Sequence record: DRR378314_1639
Reading direction: 5' to 3' (one strand)
DNA length: 57,280 bases
Part shown: one piece after another, positions 51,635 to 57,280 of the stretch
Layout of the letters: each line of letters starts with the position of its first letter
Numbering within the stretch: the stretch's first letter is position 1
Notes under the pieces: generated by a model
Told to the model about the DNA's origin: nothing
Database searches by the model: none
The model's input: the letters and a program-made list of their open reading frames with translations, nothing else
Position numbers and translations under genes: made by a program

Positions 51635-51659
51635 GACCGAACCTGATGCGGCAGCATCA
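51635..51659. repeat. Degenerate direct copy of the REP palindrome, containing the comM stop codon
   Basis: GACCGA-ACCTGATGC-GGCA-GCATCA compared with GATCGC-ACCTGATGC-AATA-GCATCA at 50895-50919. Confidence 0.7.
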
Positions 51660-53204
51660 TAAGCTCTGCACCTGCTCGATAAGCCGATCCAACGCACGAT
51701 AATTCAATGCCTCTGCCAGATGCTGCTGTTCTATTTTTTTGCTGTCGGCTAAATCGGCAATGGTTCGGGCTAAACGAAGTGTTCGGTGATAGGCCCGATG
51801 CGACAATTTCATTTTCTCGGCCGCTTTTGCCAAAAAAGCTTCGCTTTGTTCAGACAAAAAACATATCTGCTTTAACACTTTTGGTTTTAACTCGCTATTT
51901 AAGCAACCTTGTCGCATTAGTTGGCGATGCCGAGCTTTCTCGACTAAGCTTTTTGCTTGTAATGAGGTCATGGGCTGAGTCTTGTGCTTAGCTGCCCCCT
52001 TTAAACTCATAGACTCGCTCTCTCGGGGCACCATCACCTGTATATCAATACGATCTAACAGCGGTCCTGAGAGTTTACTTAAGTATTTTAAGATTTGATC
52101 CGGGGTAGAACGGCAGTTAGCTAAGGAGCCATCGAATTGACCGCAGGGCGAAGGGTTCAGCGCGCAAACCAGCTGAAAATTAGCCGGGAATTTGACGTTG
52201 TATCCTGCACGACTAATGGTAATTTCACCACTTCCGAGTGGTTCACGTAAGCAGTCCAATACATGTCGACTGAACTCGGGCATCTCATCTAAAAATAATA
52301 ACCCATTGTTTGCTAAGGATATTTCTCCTGGACGAATCGAATTACCCGTTCCACCTCCCACAAGCGCAGCGGCTGTACAGGTATGGTGCGGATTTCGCAG
52401 CTCGCGCCGTGTTAACGCCTCCGCATGATGGTAATCAAAAGACACCGACTTCACCGCAGCAATTTCCATGGCTTCCTGCTCGGTCAGTGGAGGTAATATG
52501 CCATTAAGCCGTTGCGCAAGCATGGTTTTTCCCGTACCTGGCGGCCCGACGAACAACAAGTGGTGCTTACCGGCCGCCGACAACAACAAAGCTCGTTTTG
52601 CCTGCTCCTGCCCAACCACGTCGGCTAAGTCGCCATCATGGTTCGATGATTCCTTTGCCCAATTTATCGGCTTTGATTCCCTCAGTGGCTGGTGATCGTG
52701 CAAATGTTCATAAACACTGACCAAATCGGCCGACAACCAGCTCTTTTGTTCACGTACTAACCCGGCTTCCTGCTCGTTAGCAATAGGCACAAACGCCTGC
52801 CGCTTTTTATTACGACACGCCAATAAGGCTGGGATTAAACCATTCACAGCCCGCAACTCGCCGGTTAACGCCAGCTCACCATAGAATTCTGCTTGCTCTA
52901 AAATACTGTCCGGTATTTGTCCCGAAGCCGCCAATATCCCCACCGCTATGGCCAAATCATAACGCGCCCCGGTTTTGGGGATATCCGCTGGCGCCAAATT
53001 CACTGTAATACGTGTGGCTGGCGGGTATTCAAATCCCGCGTTCATCAAGGCGGTTTTGACCCGATCACGAGCCTCCTTAACCGTGGTTGCCGGCATGCCG
53101 ACCATAGTAAAGCCTGGCATTCCCCTTGCCAGATCCACTTCAACCCGAATTTCCGGCGCATGAATACCTATCAATGCCCGGGTATAAATTCGCGCTAACG
53201 CCAT
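51657..53204 (-). CDS. comM: ComM/YifB Mg-chelatase-like AAA+ ATPase (intact)
   Basis: RITVNLAPAD, GELALTG, GPPGTGKT, PGEISLA.NGLLFLDE and LSGPLLDRID. Confidence 0.95.
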   Translation of the reverse strand: MALARIYTRALIGIHAPEIRVEVDLARGMPGFTMVGMPATTVKEARDRVKTALMNAGFEYPPATRITVNLAPADIPKTGARYDLAIAVGILAASGQIPDSILEQAEFYGELALTGELRAVNGLIPALLACRNKKRQAFVPIANEQEAGLVREQKSWLSADLVSVYEHLHDHQPLRESKPINWAKESSNHDGDLADVVGQEQAKRALLLSAAGKHHLLFVGPPGTGKTMLAQRLNGILPPLTEQEAMEIAAVKSVSFDYHHAEALTRRELRNPHHTCTAAALVGGGTGNSIRPGEISLANNGLLFLDEMPEFSRHVLDCLREPLGSGEITISRAGYNVKFPANFQLVCALNPSPCGQFDGSLANCRSTPDQILKYLSKLSGPLLDRIDIQVMVPRESESMSLKGAAKHKTQPMTSLQAKSLVEKARHRQLMRQGCLNSELKPKVLKQICFLSEQSEAFLAKAAEKMKLSHRAYHRTLRLARTIADLADSKKIEQQHLAEALNYRALDRLIEQVQSL

Positions 53205-53384
53205 CTGTCTCTCCGTGACTAAACAACGGCGTAACTATAAGCCTTGGGAAAATTCCTGTCTGTAAGCTAAACACTTCAAGCAATGACCGATATCATTCCT
53301 TCTCTCACTTGCTTTTATACCCACTTCTGTCATCATCTTGCCTTAATTAAGAACAAACCGAATAACCAAGGGTCACGAAAATCC

Positions 53385-53765
53385 ATGTTCCACCAACTGA
53401 ACCAACAGTGTCGAAAAGGTCGGTATATAGCACCATTGCTATTGCTGGTTTTTACGCTGTGCTGGGGACAAAATTTTGGTTGGTTAGACGGCTGTCCTAA
53501 GCATCAGCAAGCTTCAGCGACGGAGCAGATCACTGATAGCCACGCGGCTACAAATGCCAAACACGAAAGTGCCAAGGCAGACTGCGAAAAAACCACGCAT
53601 TTGCTGCAGCAGTTTCAGCCTGACATCACCTACGCGGCCCTCTCTTTCTTCGTTCTTTTGGTTTTGGCTCTGCAAACAGTTATTCACAAACATCTGCCAC
53701 CTCCACCGTTTTTCTTTTCCTGTAAAAGGCGACCCCACGCCGTATTTTGTTGCTTTCTGGAGTAG
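53385..53765 (+). CDS. ScsA-like membrane protein (first gene of the scs operon)
   Basis: TM with Cys, His/Cys linker with DCE, second TM, LPPPP, and C-terminal RPHAVFCCFLE. The tail resembles the R.H..FC.F.E end of ScsA as I recall it. Directly upstream of scsB; start probably ATG 53385. Confidence 0.7.
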   Translation: MFHQLNQQCRKGRYIAPLLLLVFTLCWGQNFGWLDGCPKHQQASATEQITDSHAATNAKHESAKADCEKTTHLLQQFQPDITYAALSFFVLLVLALQTVIHKHLPPPPFFFSCKRRPHAVFCCFLE

Positions 53766-53812
53766 CCCTTCCGACGGATTCTTATCGTTGGAATACTAAC
53801 TTCAGGAGTAAT
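53749..53812 (+). promoter_or_regulatory. Stem-loop sequestering the scsB Shine-Dalgarno with the scsA 3' end
   Basis: GTTGCTTTCTGGAGTAG (53749-53765) pairs with CTAACTTCAGGAGTAAT (53796-53812), enclosing the helix TTCCGACG/CGTTGGAA. Confidence 0.6.
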
Positions 53813-53814
53813 GT

Positions 53815-55899
53815 ATGAATAAAAATTTATCGTTATGGCTGCTATCGCTTATTGCTGCGCTGCTGCTTTATAGCGCGCAAAGCTTAGCAGAAACGCCGTC
53901 TACTGGCTGGCTCAGCCATGAAGACCACCCGCCGGTGTCGGTCAAGCTGGAACTGACCGGTCACTATGAGGCTGAGCGGAACCTATTACCTGCCCTGCTG
54001 CATGTGGAACTGAATGAGGGCTGGAAAACCTACTGGCGCTCGCCGGGTGAAGGCGGTATACCGCCAACCTTCGACTGGTCTCAGTCAGATAATATTAACC
54101 ATATTGAGTGGCACTGGCCAGTGCCATCACGCTACAGCATTCAGGGTATTGATACCCTTGGGTATCAGGGGTCGTTGACCTTCCCGTTAATGATACAACT
54201 AAGCCCCGATGCCCGGCAGGCTCACATTAGCGGTACGCTGACTATGTCGTCCTGTACCACCGTTTGTGTGTTAACGGACTACCCAATTGACTTGCACGTT
54301 GACATAAACACCCTAACCGTCGACAGTGATCGTGCCTTTGCCTTTAATCAGGCGATGGGCAAGGTGCCTCGGGAGTACGACAGCAATAACGTCAAGCAGG
54401 CTATTTGGTCCGACGCCAACCAGCGCGTTCAATTGACCATAGAGCGTGACAGTGGCTGGAAAAACCCACAGCTGTTTATACACAGCAACGACGAGACTTT
54501 GGCCGACGCAGAGTTTTCATCACCAGATATTCAGGTGGAAAGCAATTCGCTCACGGCGAATGTTGACGTTAGTCACTGGCTGGATCTGCCGGACCTAAAC
54601 GGCGCTGAACTTATAGCGACAGTCAGTGATGAAAAGTTTGCCGCTGAATATAAGATTCAGCTAACCGCAGGCACTATTGCTAATAACGCACCGCCGCTGT
54701 GGGCCATTTTACTTATGGCATTAGCTGGTGGGCTTATTTTGAACATTATGCCTTGCGTGTTGCCGGTACTGGGTTTGAAAGTTCAGAGCCTGATGCTGTC
54801 AGGAGTACAAGAACCGAAGGTCGTGCGTAAGCAGTTTTTCGCGTCGTCATTAGGTATTATCAGCTCGTTTCTGGTCATTGCCCTGGGGCTTATGGCGCTT
54901 CGCTGGTCAGGCGGTTCTGTCGGCTGGGGTATTCAATTTCAGAACCCTTACTTTATTGCCGCACTAGTGGCTATTACCTGGCTGTTCGCACTGAACTTAA
55001 TGGGCGCCTTTGAGTTTAAATTGCCGTCTGCTTTGAGTACCAGTGCCGCAACCGCCGGTGATGACAGCTACAAAGGGCACTTCCTGCAAGGCATGCTGGC
55101 CACCGTATTGGCAACACCTTGTACAGCGCCTTTTTTAGGCACCGCAGTAGCCTTTGCATTAGCGGCTGAGTCATCGGTTATTCTGCTGATTTTTGCCGCG
55201 CTTGGAGTTGGTATGGCGCTGCCCTGGTTACTTATAGCCGTGTTCCCGAAAACCGCAAAATTACTGCCCAAACCCGGTCGCTGGATGCAGTGGGTGAAAC
55301 CCGTTTTCGCCATTATGATGCTGGCAACCACGGTCTGGCTGACAACCTTGCTGAAAAACTTTATCGGCAACGAGTTATTCCTGGCGCTAACCGTCGGTTT
55401 ATCGGTTCTGACATTGGTGATTATTGGTAAAGTGCATGGCCGTAAGGCGCTGTTTTTATCCATTGGTGGCTTTTTGGTATTAGCTGCCGTTGTCGGTACG
55501 ACGTTAATTCTTACCGCAGACCGTTGGGTCAACAAACTACCGCAGGACCACCAATGGCAGCCACTAACCCAGCAACGTATTGATGAAGCCGTTGCCAGTG
55601 GCCAAACCGTGTTTGTGGATGTGACCGCAGACTGGTGTGTGACCTGCCAGGCTAATAAGGTGGGCGTATTACTGCAAGACCCGGTATTTACAGCCTTAGG
55701 TGAGAAGCACGTCACCCGCCTGCGCGGCGACTGGACCAAAGCCAACGAGAGCATTACCCAATACTTAAAGGCAAACAATACCTTTGGTGTGCCCTTTAAC
55801 AAAGTTTACGGACCCGGCGCTCCGGACGGTATAACCCTGCCCGTAGTACTCAGTAAAGATAAAGTTATGGACGCGCTGGAGGATGCTCGTGAGCAATAG
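53815..55899 (+). CDS. scsB: ScsB-type DsbD-family thiol:disulfide transporter
   Basis: Signal peptide, GWKTYWRSPGEGG and CTTVC (alpha domain), LNIMPCVLPV and ATPCTAP (beta), ADWCVTC (gamma). Confidence 0.9.
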   Translation: MNKNLSLWLLSLIAALLLYSAQSLAETPSTGWLSHEDHPPVSVKLELTGHYEAERNLLPALLHVELNEGWKTYWRSPGEGGIPPTFDWSQSDNINHIEWHWPVPSRYSIQGIDTLGYQGSLTFPLMIQLSPDARQAHISGTLTMSSCTTVCVLTDYPIDLHVDINTLTVDSDRAFAFNQAMGKVPREYDSNNVKQAIWSDANQRVQLTIERDSGWKNPQLFIHSNDETLADAEFSSPDIQVESNSLTANVDVSHWLDLPDLNGAELIATVSDEKFAAEYKIQLTAGTIANNAPPLWAILLMALAGGLILNIMPCVLPVLGLKVQSLMLSGVQEPKVVRKQFFASSLGIISSFLVIALGLMALRWSGGSVGWGIQFQNPYFIAALVAITWLFALNLMGAFEFKLPSALSTSAATAGDDSYKGHFLQGMLATVLATPCTAPFLGTAVAFALAAESSVILLIFAALGVGMALPWLLIAVFPKTAKLLPKPGRWMQWVKPVFAIMMLATTVWLTTLLKNFIGNELFLALTVGLSVLTLVIIGKVHGRKALFLSIGGFLVLAAVVGTTLILTADRWVNKLPQDHQWQPLTQQRIDEAVASGQTVFVDVTADWCVTCQANKVGVLLQDPVFTALGEKHVTRLRGDWTKANESITQYLKANNTFGVPFNKVYGPGAPDGITLPVVLSKDKVMDALEDAREQ

Positions 55900-56419
55900 C
55901 AAAGCGAAGCCGTCATGGGCAAAGCGGCTACGAACCGCAGCGCTTTATATTGTGCTGTTCTCGGTCGTCGCTTTCGTAGTCGATGCCTTTCGTAATAGTG
56001 ACGTGCCGGAGTCTGTTCCGCCGGAGCTGTCGTCACTAACGGACATAAACGGTGAGCAATATAACTTACGCGAGATGAGCAAGGACAGCCCGGTTGTTCT
56101 GTATTTCTGGGCAACCTGGTGTCCTGTTTGCCCCGCGGTATCGCCTACGGTTGATTACGTTGGCAACCACTACCCAACCATTAGCGTGGCATTGCGCTCT
56201 GGCGACAATGAAAAATTGAAGCATTATGCGCAGGCAAAAGGGTATGAGTTCCCTATTGTTAACGACAACCTCAACCGCGTCTCTAATGGCTGGCAGGTAT
56301 CTGCCACGCCAACCATCATCATTATTGAAAACGGTGACATTGTTTCAGCGACAACCGGAGTCACAACGCCTCCCGGCTTGTTTATTCGCCTTTGGATTCA
56401 CCAGTTTTTTTTGAAGTAA
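55889..56419 (+). CDS. Membrane-anchored thioredoxin-like protein (ScsD-like)
   Basis: N-terminal TM, YFWATWCPVC and cis-Pro ATP. Start probably GTG 55889 behind GGAGG. Confidence 0.85.
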   Translation: MSNSKAKPSWAKRLRTAALYIVLFSVVAFVVDAFRNSDVPESVPPELSSLTDINGEQYNLREMSKDSPVVLYFWATWCPVCPAVSPTVDYVGNHYPTISVALRSGDNEKLKHYAQAKGYEFPIVNDNLNRVSNGWQVSATPTIIIIENGDIVSATTGVTTPPGLFIRLWIHQFFLK

Positions 56420-56443
56420 CTCATTTTTAAGTAGGAAAGTTGT

Positions 56444-57175
56444 ATGAATTTTATCTATAAAACGTTTTTCATCGTTGCTTTTATCTTTAGCAGCAACGTA
56501 TTTGCGCAAGATTTAAACCCACAACAACAAGAAGATTTGGAGAAAGTCGAACAGCTATTGCGTGAGAATCCGCAGCTTATTTCAAACATTCACAGAAGTT
56601 TGCAACGCTTTTTAGAACAGCAAAGTGAGCAAAAAAACGCCATTGCTAACCATCAGGAATGGCTGTATCAGTCGGCGGCACATCCGGTTTTAGGTGACCA
56701 AGGTGTGCCGCATAAAACCATTGTGTTTACCGACTACAACTGTCCGTTTTGCAAGAAGTTAGAACCAGGCCTTCATAAGCTGATTGAGGAATATCCATCT
56801 ATTCAGGTTGTGAACATTTTTGTGCCTTTACGCCAACAGCAGGTCGATGGGCTCAAAACCAACTCAGCACTCTATGGACTGAACCTGTGGCACAATGACC
56901 CTAAGGCGTTCTTTGAAGCTCACAACTTAATGATGAAAAAGTCGGGCATGCACACCGCTGACTCGCTACAAAGCGTTGCGCAAGTCACGGGTACCGAAGC
57001 CTTTTTGTCACCATCCGGCGAGAACGAGGCAGTTATTCGCAAAAATATGTCAGCATTTCGCGACTTAGGATTTCGCGGCACACCGACTATTATCATTGGT
57101 CAGCAGGTAACACCTGGTTACATTCCTTATGACAAGCTTGAGGCCATAGCCGAAAAGCAATTTGACTTGGATTAA
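56444..57175 (+). CDS. DsbA-fold protein (ScsC-like)
   Basis: Signal peptide, L.ENP.LI helical N-domain, FTDYNCPFCK and cis-Pro GTP. Confidence 0.88.
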   Translation: MNFIYKTFFIVAFIFSSNVFAQDLNPQQQEDLEKVEQLLRENPQLISNIHRSLQRFLEQQSEQKNAIANHQEWLYQSAAHPVLGDQGVPHKTIVFTDYNCPFCKKLEPGLHKLIEEYPSIQVVNIFVPLRQQQVDGLKTNSALYGLNLWHNDPKAFFEAHNLMMKKSGMHTADSLQSVAQVTGTEAFLSPSGENEAVIRKNMSAFRDLGFRGTPTIIIGQQVTPGYIPYDKLEAIAEKQFDLD

Positions 57176-57190
57176 TCGATAAATAGATAG

Positions 57191-57212
57191 GGAGCTTGTT
57201 AAAAGCTCCTTT
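57191..57212 (+). terminator. Probable terminator of the scs operon
   Basis: GGAGCTT-GTTAA-AAGCTCC-TTT, 15 bp after the stop; the U tract is short. Confidence 0.55.
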
Positions 57213-57280
57213 AAACTCGGCGAAAGTACGCTTTGAGAATAAAAGGAGAAATCCAACCTCAACTTATTTGCAGAACCGTT

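Noticed and set aside
51657-53204. comM disrupted by a genomic island (a known hotspot)
   Set aside because: comM is full length (515 aa) with intact motifs; the accessory cassette lies beyond its stop codon.
55068-55802. 244-aa antisense ORF inside scsB
   Set aside because: It mirrors the codons of a hydrophobic gene and has no recognisable motifs; most likely a shadow ORF.
57065-57262. 65-aa minus-strand ORF at the right edge
   Set aside because: It overlaps the scsC-like gene and its terminator, and shows no coding signal.

Overview
Gene-dense chromosomal core region of a marine gammaproteobacterium. The gene content and acidic proteins suggest Alteromonadales, probably Idiomarina-like; this is inferred, not verified. 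Gene order: partial ABC ATPase, pckA, NSS transporter, coaD, kbl-tdh-glpE-glpG, orphan fliL-like, ubiCA, plsB, lexA-sulA-like, a complete cytochrome c oxidase cluster (coxB-coxA-ctaG-coxC, DUF2909-like, surf1, ctaA, cyoE, sco), CE4 deacetylase, dinF, DUF4397 lipoprotein, nfuA-comF-bioH, mutM, 2OG-Fe(II) oxygenase, rpmG-rpmB-radC, coaBC-dut-slmA, gpsA-secB-rhodanese, gpmI-envC-yibQ, rpoH-ftsXEY-rsmD, PLP amino-acid catabolic genes (dehydratase, CBS/CGL pair, ltaE), a small toxin-antitoxin-like pair, comM and an scs thiol-disulfide operon. I saw no rRNA, tRNA, CRISPR array, integrase or transposase. Three signals stand out. (1) A long hairpin pairs the last codons of the scsA-like gene with the scsB Shine-Dalgarno, the architecture of a nascent-chain (ribosome-arrest) sensor. 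(2) A BrnT/BrnA-like TA pair is bracketed by direct copies of a GTAG-type REP palindrome, next to a REPIN-like doublet. (3) The coxB leader has mutually exclusive SD-sequestering and SD-freeing folds. All base-pairing was worked out by eye; no folding, HMM or database search was run.
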